DNA from: a phage
DNA: 64,000 nucleotides
Strand: one strand, 5' to 3'
Sequence record: PZ445551.1
Position 1 is the first letter of the stretch, and every line of letters starts with the position of its first letter. The notes beneath the pieces are model-generated. The model saw only the letters and a program-made list of their open reading frames with translations. It was not told the DNA's origin and made no database searches. Position numbers and translations under genes: made by a program. Shown in pieces: positions 1 through 7,753 of the stretch.

Positions 1-115
1 AACAAGCAAAGAAACAACCGTTACCCGTGAGCGGGAAAATTATTGGTTATATATTGCAAGCATGATCGTAATCCTGGCAAAACAGCATAACGTGGCGTAA
101 TTAAGAGGAAGAAAC

Positions 116-253
116 ATGAACGCATCACAGCAGATCGAAAAATTCAACCGCAGCAAGGCGCGTAAAGATTGGAACGAAGAGATCACCAAAAAAGGCGACA
201 AGCGGAACAAAACAAAGAGAGATCGCAGCACAAAAAGATACTGGAACGAATAA
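116..253 (+). CDS. small basic protein (45 aa), not in ORF track
   Basis: ATG 116 after RBS aagaggaag; Lys/Arg-rich; followed by terminator hairpin. Confidence 0.4.
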   Translation: MNASQQIEKFNRSKARKDWNEEITKKGDKRNKTKRDRSTKRYWNE

Positions 254-259
254 CAAAAA

Positions 260-280
260 GGGCGCAATAAGCGCCCTTTT
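260..280 (+). terminator. rho-independent terminator
   Basis: gggcgc-aataa-gcgccc stem-loop followed by TTTT. Confidence 0.55.
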
Positions 281-370
281 AGCTTATATAGAGGCTTGTT
301 ACCCATAGGCAATGGTAACGCCAGGATAAGCCTATAAACCACGTTAGACAGCTTTACAGGAGCTTTAAAA

Positions 371-553
371 ATGAAATTAGACGAAATAAGCAAGGCACTA
401 GCCCAGGGGCAAAGGTTATGCGCCCGATATCGTGATCAATATGGCTTCATAACTAGCGGCGTGATCCTGGGGATTGAAGGCAATAAGATTTTTATTGACA
501 CGTTGAAAAACGTTGTATATAGTGACAATATAATCTCAATAAAACATATATGA
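371..553 (+). CDS. hypothetical protein (60 aa)
   Basis: track ORF; RBS caggag upstream. Confidence 0.5.
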   Translation: MKLDEISKALAQGQRLCARYRDQYGFITSGVILGIEGNKIFIDTLKNVVYSDNIISIKHI

Positions 554-561
554 GGCAAGAA

Positions 562-963
562 ATGAAAAAATTATTGATCGCTGGTTTAATCTCTTTTGGC
601 ATGGTTGGAACATCTAGCGCGGCGATATCCTCCACAGTAGCAGAATTAAGCGCCGTTGATGCAATGGAAAACGTCATGCTTATTAATAACGCGATCCCCG
701 ATGAAATCATGGAGGATTCACACATGATCGCTTATGGTGCTGTTACACAACTAACGGCAAAAATAGATAAATCTATTGTTAACGGCTTAAATGAAGATGT
801 GCCATGTGAAATTATTACCAGTGTGCTGACTACTCAAAATTTTACGCCGTGGTTAAAAAGTATTCAAAAAGTACACAGTACAGCCGCAGATCGTAGCAAT
901 GAAAAACTAGTGTCAGCACTTGCAACGTATACCCTAGCAAAATGCACCGAGATAAAAGATTGA
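562..963 (+). CDS. secreted/periplasmic hypothetical protein with signal peptide
   Basis: track ORF trimmed to MKKLLIAGLISFGMVGTSSA (signal-peptide-like); RBS gaggcaag. Confidence 0.55.
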   Translation: MKKLLIAGLISFGMVGTSSAAISSTVAELSAVDAMENVMLINNAIPDEIMEDSHMIAYGAVTQLTAKIDKSIVNGLNEDVPCEIITSVLTTQNFTPWLKSIQKVHSTAADRSNEKLVSALATYTLAKCTEIKD

Positions 964-1010
964 CAACATAGAAAGCACGTTATAAGATACACACAACAAA
1001 GGAGAACTAC

Positions 1011-1313
1011 ATGAACGGCATAGCTAAAACGTTTTTTCTTTTTTCTGGTGTAAATGATCCATCAATAAAAGTCGATAGTGTAAAAGAAAACAATACTATC
1101 ACCGCTAAATTGTTTCAAGATGAAACAAATAACGTGCTAATCATTAATCTTAAAGAAGTAACTAAAGGTTATTATACTATTGCTTACCATGCGATTTATC
1201 ATGCTGGTACTAGTGAGGAAGTGCAAACAAGCAACAACGAAAGCGCGGCGCTACCTGGTGATCTGGTGCTGGGCGTTATCAGTTTAATTGTCAATGATTT
1301 TTTTAAGGAGTAA
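1011..1313 (+). CDS. hypothetical protein (100 aa)
   Basis: track ORF; RBS aaggag 7 nt upstream. Confidence 0.55.
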   Translation: MNGIAKTFFLFSGVNDPSIKVDSVKENNTITAKLFQDETNNVLIINLKEVTKGYYTIAYHAIYHAGTSEEVQTSNNESAALPGDLVLGVISLIVNDFFKE

Positions 1314-1317
1314 AACC

Positions 1318-1413
1318 ATGCCCTATTTACATTTATTTTTCGGTATCTTATTGACAGGATCTTTTTTCTTCTGTATGCTTGTTTCTATTGTAAACCACGT
1401 TTTAAGACATTAA
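1318..1413 (+). CDS. small hydrophobic peptide (31 aa), not in track
   Basis: ATG 1318 after RBS aaggag; single predicted TM segment. Confidence 0.3.
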   Translation: MPYLHLFFGILLTGSFFFCMLVSIVNHVLRH

Positions 1414-1422
1414 GGAAACAGC

Positions 1423-1542
1423 ATGAAAATTATTCCCGTACAATATAGCGTAATAAATCCAGCATACGAGGAAGGAAGGAAAACAAGCATGGCTTTATGT
1501 TGTATTGCTACTATAGCCATGTTGTTATATATTGTGTTTTAA
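1423..1542 (+). CDS. small membrane peptide (39 aa), not in track
   Basis: ATG 1423 after RBS aaggaaac; hydrophobic C-terminus. Confidence 0.3.
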   Translation: MKIIPVQYSVINPAYEEGRKTSMALCCIATIAMLLYIVF

Positions 1543-1571
1543 TAGGTTTTATAGTTGTACGCTTTAAGGGC

Positions 1572-1627
1572 TTGACAATTTTTTGTTATGCTTTAAACTA
1601 TATCTTGAAAACGGCAAAGGCCGCAAA
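1572..1627 (+). promoter_or_regulatory. sigma70-like promoter (TTGACA-16-TAAACT) plus 5'-UTR hairpin cggc-aaag-gccg
   Basis: TTGACA at 1572-1577, -10 at 1594-1599, hairpin 1611-1627 upstream of ATG 1643. Confidence 0.4.
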
Positions 1628-1642
1628 CAAAAGGGTAAAATT

Positions 1643-1966
1643 ATGAAATCTGTGATCGGTGTTTATTTGGATAACTCTGATTTTTTCTATCATCGCGCTC
1701 GTTTCCTTGATGCGATTGAAATGATAGAATCAGGCTTTAAAGAGTATCGCCTTGCACATGATGACCTGGAAGCATTACAGGGCAATAGTGTTTTTACATT
1801 GCAAGCTAAAGCACTATGCAAAAGCCGGATCGACATTGCGAGCAAAAAGATAGAACGCGGCATGTCCTGGTTGCGCACCGCAGAAATCAACATGGGGCAA
1901 TGGTACGGCGAAAACTTAGAAAATAAACATACTTTTGTCAATGTAGAAAATATTGAAGATTATTGA
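1643..1966 (+). CDS. hypothetical protein (107 aa)
   Basis: track ORF 1583..1966 trimmed to Met with RBS aaaagggtaaaattATG. Confidence 0.5.
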   Translation: MKSVIGVYLDNSDFFYHRARFLDAIEMIESGFKEYRLAHDDLEALQGNSVFTLQAKALCKSRIDIASKKIERGMSWLRTAEINMGQWYGENLENKHTFVNVENIEDY

Positions 1967-2028
1967 TTGACAGCACACCTAACGGGTAGTATATTGTATC
2001 TCATAGAGCGGGGAAATGGTTTCCCCGC
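1967..2028 (+). promoter_or_regulatory. promoter + conserved 5'-UTR stem-loop cassette (PeSL-like), copy 1
   Basis: TTGACA 1967-1972, 17 nt spacer, TATATT 1990-1995; hairpin GCGGGGAAA-TGG-TTTCCCCGC 2008-2028. Confidence 0.6.
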
Positions 2029-2048
2029 CTTAAAAGAAGAGATAAGCT

Positions 2049-2333
2049 ATGAAGATCACAAAAGCACTTTCCAACTATGCAGCACGTCGCGGATTATGTT
2101 TAACCGTTGAAAATTTAGGGAAAGAAGATTTTTTGTGCTTTTGGGAGCTTGAGAATGATAATGAGTGGATCTTCTCTTATTCTATCTGCGAAGATCAAAA
2201 CGGTTGTTTATTAACCTGGCGCGGTAATATCTATTTACCGGAAGAAATCAAAGAAGAATTACCAGGCACGATCATGACTGAGAAACAGCTTAAGGAAGTG
2301 ATCAATTTTGTAGGGCAAAACATTAAAAAATAA
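2049..2333 (+). CDS. hypothetical protein (94 aa)
   Basis: track ORF downstream of promoter/hairpin cassette. Confidence 0.55.
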   Translation: MKITKALSNYAARRGLCLTVENLGKEDFLCFWELENDNEWIFSYSICEDQNGCLLTWRGNIYLPEEIKEELPGTIMTEKQLKEVINFVGQNIKK

Positions 2334-2334
2334 T

Positions 2335-2392
2335 TTGACACTAGGCAAACAACGTAGTAAAGTTTATCACATAGGGCGGCAATAGTGCCGCT
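2335..2392 (+). promoter_or_regulatory. promoter + conserved 5'-UTR stem-loop cassette, copy 2
   Basis: TTGACA 2335-2340, -10 TAAAGT 2358-2363, hairpin GGGCGGCAATAGTGCCGCTC 2374-2392. Confidence 0.55.
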
Positions 2393-2414
2393 CATAACAG
2401 AAGAGAAACAAATC

Positions 2415-2585
2415 ATGATCCCGACTATGTTTTATGTATCGCGCAAAGGTCACAATATTTTTTGGTCTGAAGATTTAAATGAAGCTATGACGTTTGCCCG
2501 TGATCGTGTCGCTATCGGTGGCGTTAACATCACTGTAACCGATGAAAACGGCATTGAATACTATAACGGCGACGATGAAGAGTAA
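2415..2585 (+). CDS. hypothetical protein (56 aa)
   Basis: track ORF 2385..2585 begins at GTG inside the hairpin; trimmed to ATG 2415 with RBS gaagag. Confidence 0.45.
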   Translation: MIPTMFYVSRKGHNIFWSEDLNEAMTFARDRVAIGGVNITVTDENGIEYYNGDDEE

Positions 2586-2592
2586 TCAACAA

Positions 2593-2610
2593 GGCGGGAT
2601 TAATCCCGCC
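2593..2610 (+). terminator. GC hairpin GGCGGGA-ttaa-TCCCGCC, terminator-like
   Basis: perfect 7-bp stem after stop of 2415..2585; weak T tract; stem sequence echoes the cassette hairpins. Confidence 0.35.
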
Positions 2611-2629
2611 TGTATTAAAGGGTAATATA

Positions 2630-2767
2630 ATGAAAACTTTCAACGCAACAGCCTCGACAATTGGTTATATTATTACAGTGCAAGCCGTTGACCTGGTAGC
2701 GGCAGCAAACAAGATTAAAAAGATGATCCCAACAGGCAGCGAATTTTCCGTTTGGGAAGTAAAATAA
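2630..2767 (+). CDS. small hypothetical protein (45 aa), not in track
   Basis: ATG 2630, in-frame stop 2765-2767; lies between two cassette units. Confidence 0.3.
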   Translation: MKTFNATASTIGYIITVQAVDLVAAANKIKKMIPTGSEFSVWEVK

Positions 2768-2770
2768 ATC

Positions 2771-2828
2771 TTGACAATAGTTTATTACTTGATAGAATGT
2801 ATTTCGTAGGGCGGCAATAGTGCCGCTC
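2771..2828 (+). promoter_or_regulatory. promoter + conserved 5'-UTR stem-loop cassette, copy 3
   Basis: TTGACA 2771-2776, -10 TAGAAT 2793-2798, hairpin GGGCGGCAATAGTGCCGCTC 2809-2828 (identical to copy 2). Confidence 0.6.
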
Positions 2829-2849
2829 ACAACTAAAAGAGAAATCATC

Positions 2850-3044
2850 ATGGCGCTTAAAAAATTAACAAGCAATACTCGTTGGGATGAAATCGACGGG
2901 GAAGTATACATTTTCGCCCGTAAACCAGGTGATCAAAAATGGTCAAAGGCTTTTACTTGCCACCCTGCAACAATAGATCTAATAAAAAGTAAAGGTTTAC
3001 GTGAAGCAGTAGCGAGAAGTTTACTGATCCCTTATAAAAAATAG
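2850..3044 (+). CDS. hypothetical protein (64 aa)
   Basis: track ORF trimmed to ATG 2850 after RBS aaaagagaaatc. Confidence 0.5.
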   Translation: MALKKLTSNTRWDEIDGEVYIFARKPGDQKWSKAFTCHPATIDLIKSKGLREAVARSLLIPYKK

Positions 3045-3107
3045 TTTGACAATATGCTGTTATCTGGTAAAGTGTACGACATAGGGCGGGGCAATAAGGC
3101 AACGCCC
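3045..3107 (+). promoter_or_regulatory. promoter + degenerate stem-loop cassette, copy 4
   Basis: TTGACA 3045-3050, -10 TAAAGT 3067-3072, GGGCGGGGCAATAAGGCAACGCCC variant hairpin. Confidence 0.45.
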
Positions 3108-3125
3108 ATTAATGAGGGTAGAATC

Positions 3126-3230
3126 ATGTTAGAGAAAATTTTCACGGTTGTAGTAGTTGGCCTGGCGTTATCGGTTGGATTGGTTGCAACTATGGCTAAC
3201 ATGATCCTATCTTCCCACGGTATTGGATAA
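3126..3230 (+). CDS. small membrane peptide (34 aa), not in track
   Basis: ATG 3126 after RBS gagggtagaatc; hydrophobic core VVVVGLALSVGLVATMA. Confidence 0.35.
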   Translation: MLEKIFTVVVVGLALSVGLVATMANMILSSHGIG

Positions 3231-3240
3231 GGTGAATCAA

Positions 3241-3456
3241 ATGATCACGAATAAGACAGGTAAAACAGAATTTTTACGCGGCTTGCAAATAGGTAAACCT
3301 GAGATCTGGCATTGCACTAAATCCGCGCATAATGAAATGAAAGATTTTACCGCTACTTTACAACGTGTTAAAATATCTATCACGCAGAAAAAAGCCTTGT
3401 TAGTAGTAGAAAACGAGATACCGCAAACCATTATTATTGTCGAGCGTACAGCATGA
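3241..3456 (+). CDS. hypothetical protein (71 aa)
   Basis: track ORF 3223..3456 trimmed to ATG 3241 with RBS aaggtg. Confidence 0.5.
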   Translation: MITNKTGKTEFLRGLQIGKPEIWHCTKSAHNEMKDFTATLQRVKISITQKKALLVVENEIPQTIIIVERTA

Positions 3457-3839
3457 AAACTGAAATCATTATTGAAATCATCAACGGTTATAAAGAAGCC
3501 TTTATTTTTGCTGAATCAGCCAGGGATCATGAAGGCTATTTTATTGATAACTTAGACGATTATGATTTTTCAGATCAAGCCCATCAGCGGATCATTCATG
3601 ACGTAGCGGCTTATTGTGATGCCAATGATGCTGCTATCTCTGAGGCAATGAGCGACGGCGCTACAGCAAACCAGATCGGGAATGATTTACATTTTACCCG
3701 TAACGGTCACGGCGTAGGCTTTTGGGATCGCCCTGAAATATACACTACTAACACCGCCAACCGCCTAACAAATGCAGCTAAATTAATGCCATCGGTGCAT
3801 GCTTACATTGGTGAAGATAATTTGATTTATATTGAATAA
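3453..3839 (+). CDS. hypothetical protein (128 aa)
   Basis: track ORF; ATGA start/stop overlap with upstream gene. Confidence 0.55.
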   Translation: MKTEIIIEIINGYKEAFIFAESARDHEGYFIDNLDDYDFSDQAHQRIIHDVAAYCDANDAAISEAMSDGATANQIGNDLHFTRNGHGVGFWDRPEIYTTNTANRLTNAAKLMPSVHAYIGEDNLIYIE

Positions 3840-3845
3840 AAAGTA

Positions 3846-3904
3846 TTGACACCGATCCCCCATATGGTATTATTTACCACGTAGGCGGGAAATGGTTTCC
3901 CGCC
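3846..3904 (+). promoter_or_regulatory. promoter + conserved 5'-UTR stem-loop cassette, copy 5
   Basis: TTGACA 3846-3851, -10 TATTAT 3868-3873, hairpin GGCGGGAAA-TGG-TTTCCCGCC 3884-3904. Confidence 0.6.
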
Positions 3905-3927
3905 AGGTAATCAAAAAGGTAAATACT

Positions 3928-4317
3928 ATGCGCAACCTGGTTTCTGTTTCTAACGTTGAAAAATTTCAATCCTTGCAGGGTATCGTTAACAACGTAGCGC
4001 CTTTTTTAGTCAATGGCTTGATTGCAAAGATGAAAAATAAACATCATGCGGCATGGTCTGCTTACTGCTTTGATAATGATGAAAAAGCGGCTGAAATGAT
4101 GTTAGATATGCTGTTAAATAGTGTAGAAACATCTTTACCGGAAAACATCGCAGAAGAGATCACCTATCGTTATAATATGGCGATCACTTACCAGGAGGTT
4201 GCGCAATTTAATATGATGGATGATGACGAACAACAGGATCAGGAAATGTTTTGGGAGTATGCAGATCGTCAATCGGCTTTTGATGAAAAGTTAGCGATGT
4301 ATTATAACGAATATTAA
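3928..4317 (+). CDS. hypothetical acidic protein (129 aa)
   Basis: track ORF 3892..4317 starts inside the hairpin loop; trimmed to ATG 3928. Confidence 0.5.
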   Translation: MRNLVSVSNVEKFQSLQGIVNNVAPFLVNGLIAKMKNKHHAAWSAYCFDNDEKAAEMMLDMLLNSVETSLPENIAEEITYRYNMAITYQEVAQFNMMDDDEQQDQEMFWEYADRQSAFDEKLAMYYNEY

Positions 4318-4333
4318 TACACGGTAAAAGAAA

Positions 4334-4357
4334 GGGGCGCACTAAGCGCCCTTTTTT
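4334..4357 (+). terminator. rho-independent terminator
   Basis: ggggcgc-actaa-gcgccc hairpin followed by TTTTTT. Confidence 0.65.
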
Positions 4358-4703
4358 GTATTCTTTTTTCACGATGGAAGTAACACGTAAAGAATAAACG
4401 TAAAAGGTGGTGTAAAACAGCCTAAAACCGATTATAACCGCTTAAACAAGGTAGTAATGACTAATCACCTTGCCAGGATGAAAAAGCTGTTATAAAGCTA
4501 TTTAGAGCGTTTAAAGCACATAGGAAATAATTTGCTTTTTATCTTGCCTTTTATCCTGCTTTTGATTATTATTATGGAACGGGCGGCACCTGGGGACAGG
4601 GGAAGGTAATCACCGGAAGATCCCGCTATATATTGATAGCTAATATCTATTAAACAACAAAACATCAAAGGAATAAACTATCAAATCTTTACAATTCTAC
4701 CTA

Positions 4704-4763
4704 TTGACACAGGATCACCCTTATAATAAGATGTATCCAGTAGGGCGGGAAATGGTTTCCCGC
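4704..4763 (+). promoter_or_regulatory. promoter + conserved 5'-UTR stem-loop cassette, copy 6
   Basis: TTGACA 4704-4709, 17 nt, TAAGAT 4727-4732; hairpin GCGGGAAATGGTTTCCCGC 4745-4763. Confidence 0.6.
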
Positions 4764-4782
4764 TTGATATAGGAATCATACC

Positions 4783-5016
4783 ATGATCGAACAAATTAAA
4801 AGCACTACACCAAATGTTAACGGCAATGTTTCACACTTTATCGGGGATAATGAAAGGGGTACACCATACGCCGCCGTAACCGTGCAACCTAATGGCGATT
4901 ATTGGTTTACCGTGTACGGATCATATTCTTTCGGACGCCCGGCACATGATAAGATCTTGCAAGCGGTTAAGCCTACTGGGAAGAATATCACAGCAGAAAA
5001 ATTTTATAAAAAATAG
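4783..5016 (+). CDS. hypothetical protein (77 aa)
   Basis: track ORF; RBS taggaatc. Confidence 0.55.
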   Translation: MIEQIKSTTPNVNGNVSHFIGDNERGTPYAAVTVQPNGDYWFTVYGSYSFGRPAHDKILQAVKPTGKNITAEKFYKK

Positions 5017-5091
5017 CTTGCTTTATAGTCTCTGTTAATTTATAGTTATCGTGTAGGGCAAACAATTTTAAACGGTAAACGAGGAATCACC

Positions 5092-5475
5092 ATGAGCAAT
5101 ATCAGCAACCTGGCGGCTACTGTAAACGGTAAAGATTTTAACGGCGCTGTAGATCGTGATCCTATGTGGTGCTTATCAGTGTTTAAAGGCGATCTGGTTG
5201 AAGTTAGAACAACCGAAGGGTATAGCGATGATTATAAATGCGAGATCCATTTACACAACTGGTACACGGGTAAAACTTATGCGCTGAATCATGCGTTTAT
5301 CGGCAAGGTTGAATATAGAGAAATGATCGACGAAGAAACGGGGCAAGATTTTAGCGAGCATGTTTATATTCGTTCCGAGACATTAGCCGAACGTTTGATC
5401 GAGAAAATGAAAGCAAAAAATAAAATTAATTTATCTCATTGGATTGATATAACAAACGATCCAGCTTATCAGTAA
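5092..5475 (+). CDS. hypothetical protein (127 aa)
   Basis: track ORF; RBS acgaggaatc. Confidence 0.55.
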   Translation: MSNISNLAATVNGKDFNGAVDRDPMWCLSVFKGDLVEVRTTEGYSDDYKCEIHLHNWYTGKTYALNHAFIGKVEYREMIDEETGQDFSEHVYIRSETLAERLIEKMKAKNKINLSHWIDITNDPAYQ

Positions 5476-5490
5476 ATAACATTTCATACC

Positions 5491-5516
5491 AGGGCGCACA
5501 AAGCGCCCTTTCTTTT
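5491..5516 (+). terminator. rho-independent terminator
   Basis: agggcgc-acaa-gcgccct hairpin followed by T-rich run. Confidence 0.6.
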
Positions 5517-5722
5517 TACCTAAATAAAGATGATAGCTTTTACCTATCAAAAACGTTCACCGAAAAAAGTGAATAGATCGCGGTATCGAGCTAATCAAGG
5601 AGCAGATGAACAACCATACCATGAAGATCATAAGGCGCTTACAACGTGTTTTAGACCGCTTATTTTTAATTTCTCAATGTAACTATCTGGCAAAAACAGC
5701 CTTTTTCTTGTCTTTCCTCTTA

Positions 5723-5740
5723 AATGATAATCATTCTTAT
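5723..5740. promoter_or_regulatory. Fur-box-like site AATGATAATCATTCTTAT
   Basis: near match to the enterobacterial Fur box GATAATGATAATCATTATC. Confidence 0.35.
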
Positions 5741-5780
5741 TTATAGCTGATTATTTATGCAATAAACTGAATAATGCAAT

Positions 5781-5797
5781 AATGATAATCATTCTTA
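5781..5797. promoter_or_regulatory. Fur-box-like site AATGATAATCATTCTTA
   Basis: second copy, preceded by ATAATGCAAT. Confidence 0.35.
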
Positions 5798-6090
5798 ACT
5801 TATGACCATCTAACCTATAAAATAATAAGTTATCTAACTAAATTAAAACTAATTATCTCACCTTTATTTATAACTTACTGTTACTATCTCATTGATAACC
5901 TTATATTAAACAACAATAACCAATATAAATCATTACTAAGCTAAATATAATCTATCTAACCTTTAAAACTATAACTATAATCTATCGAATTGTTGCACAA
6001 AGTAACTATTAAATTGTTAGTAACATTACTAAATAATTAATATCCTATCTATTTATGATCTAATCTTTATCTTCCTATCTATTACCTAAA

Positions 6091-6121
6091 TAATCATTTC
6101 ATACAGTAATCATTTCATACA
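6091..6121. repeat. tandem direct repeat AATCATTTCATACA x2
   Basis: two adjacent near-identical 15-16 bp units. Confidence 0.5.
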
Positions 6122-6157
6122 ATAATTATAACAAGAAATATAATTCGCAAGCGTATC

Positions 6158-6192
6158 ATTAGCAGCCTATGCCGGACACATAGGCGGCTAAT
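6158..6192. repeat. 14-bp inverted repeat ATTAGCAGCCTATG / CATAGGCGGCTAAT around 7-nt spacer
   Basis: one mismatch; GC-rich island in AT-rich context. Confidence 0.5.
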
Positions 6193-6663
6193 AATAACGC
6201 AACTACACACCCCACATAATAACCATCACCGATAGTTATTATTTGTGCTTATGTAGCTTGCAACAATTGCAAGCGCAACAATATACATGGTATATTGTAT
6301 CCCTTACATTGTTGCGGTGCGTTATTATTAGCTAATGTTTAGAACATTGGCTATAATATAAGCTAAGTAATAAGCTATGCAATAATAAACATGGTGAATA
6401 ATGACATTGATGATCATAATGCGCCACCTTCCAGGGGGCGCTATGTGAACACAAAGAAATCTTTCTTGTCAAGAAAAAATATTGCCATTATTGCGCAAAA
6501 TTATTTATATCTGAATAGATGATTTTTCATACTATTGCCCCATATAACATACCTCATTTGTTGAGCATAGTTATAGCCTATTTGTTGAGCCTACTTTCTT
6601 AAAAGCGCAATAAATCAGAATTATCTTGATTTTTAGTCTGTTTTATAGTATAGAAAGTATGCA

Positions 6664-6679
6664 AATGATAATCATTATC
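6664..6679. promoter_or_regulatory. Fur-box-like site AATGATAATCATTATC
   Basis: 16/16 identity to the 3' 16 nt of the Fur-box consensus. Confidence 0.4.
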
Positions 6680-6849
6680 AGCTATCTTCCACGGGTAGCA
6701 CTATTTCACGCCAGATCATTTCATTTGGCAAGGTGTATATAGATGTTTAGACTTGCCAAGCCATTGATTTACTTAGAATTTATCTGTTTTGTTGTGAGTA
6801 GAGCCTTTCTTGCTCAGAAAATAATCAAAAGTCTTATAAGTCATTGAAT

Positions 6850-6874
6850 GATAATGCAAATGATAATTATTCTC
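6850..6874. promoter_or_regulatory. Fur-box-like site GATAATGCAAATGATAATTATTCTC
   Basis: repeat of the ATAATGCAA-ATGATAAT unit seen at 5771-5797. Confidence 0.35.
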
Positions 6875-7236
6875 ATTGATATTTGAGGGGGACGGTCGGC
6901 AGAAATCGGGGGGCGCTGAAAATCGCGTTAAGCACCTCTCGCAAGCGAGCAGTATTTTGCGGCAAGTTATTGATATTATTGGCTTTACGCTTATGAAAAG
7001 GGGGTGTGTCGAAATAAATCGGGTATACCGGAAAATTTTTGTGGCATAGATATTTATTTGTCTATATTATGTACAAAAGGGTGTGTTAAAAATATTAGGT
7101 ATATATAGAATAATTGATAGGGAAATCCTATACTAATTCCTCCATTAATGATGTTTCTATGTTACTGTTCTTGTAACAGATGAAAAGACGCTGTATGATG
7201 TGTGGCATGAAACGTAAATTTATAAAGGAGTCTGAT

Positions 7237-7596
7237 ATGTGTGTTCCTCTTAGCAGTCCACTGCTGTTAGAATTTTACAAAGCATGGATGGAAGATCATT
7301 CCTCAATGCATCGTGAGAATGTTGGTTTGTGTAATTGCCTTATGGATTACCTGGCAACCACTATGTCAAAGAAAAAACCTACGGAAGAAGATATAGAATA
7401 TTTCAAGATGGTTCGTAGCAAAACGCTGGAAGAGATGAAACTGCAATTCACGTGTGCTGGGCTATCCTCCTTTCTACCCTTTAATTATGATCTTCTGTGT
7501 TATGAAGATGAAGGTAAGACACATTCTTGCCATACCAACCCAAAGAGATTGCAGTGGGTGAAAGATCGTATTGCCGATTCATGCAAGGGTGTGTAG
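7237..7596 (+). CDS. paralog family member 1 (LLxFYxxW...GLCxCL...QFxxAGL...LPFN...RxQWVxDRI)
   Basis: track ORF 7180..7596 trimmed to ATG 7237 after RBS aaggag; shares motif with 7743, 10034 and 11312 genes. Confidence 0.55.
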   Translation: MCVPLSSPLLLEFYKAWMEDHSSMHRENVGLCNCLMDYLATTMSKKKPTEEDIEYFKMVRSKTLEEMKLQFTCAGLSSFLPFNYDLLCYEDEGKTHSCHTNPKRLQWVKDRIADSCKGV

Positions 7597-7597
7597 A

Positions 7598-7753
7598 ATG
7601 TTGGAATTGATTGGGATAGTTTGGTTAATGATAAAAGCAGGTTTCGTCGGTTTCGGACTTCTTATAATTTTGTGTATGTTCCTTAGTGCAATACAGGCAT
7701 TCTTTTATCTGCTAGGTAGAATACTTAAGTTGGGAGGTGATAATGAAAAGTAA
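7598..7753 (+). CDS. small membrane protein (51 aa)
   Basis: track ORF 7571..7753 trimmed to ATG 7598; two hydrophobic segments. Confidence 0.4.
   Translation: MLELIGIVWLMIKAGFVGFGLLIILCMFLSAIQAFFYLLGRILKLGGDNEK

Larger units (their letters stand above)
5517..7179. other. 1.7 kb AT-rich non-coding region with repeats and palindromes (candidate origin/regulatory hub)
   Basis: no ORF of 60 aa or more on either strand in the track; multiple direct and inverted repeats. Confidence 0.55.

Noticed and set aside
40-393. 117-aa minus-strand track ORF
   Set aside because: Antisense to a plus-strand small gene, its terminator and the start of the 371 gene; no RBS; low-complexity Leu/Phe-rich translation typical of antisense AT-rich DNA.
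2385-3927. Upstream extensions of track ORFs 2385, 2820 and 3892
   Set aside because: The extended starts (GTG or ATG) fall inside the conserved 5'-UTR hairpins; downstream ATGs with RBS are the likelier starts.
5723-6874. Fur-box-like sites as confirmed Fur operators
   Set aside because: In DNA this AT-rich, GATAAT-type hexamers arise easily and two copies belong to a longer phage-specific repeat; kept as a hypothesis in findings but not annotated as Fur sites with confidence.
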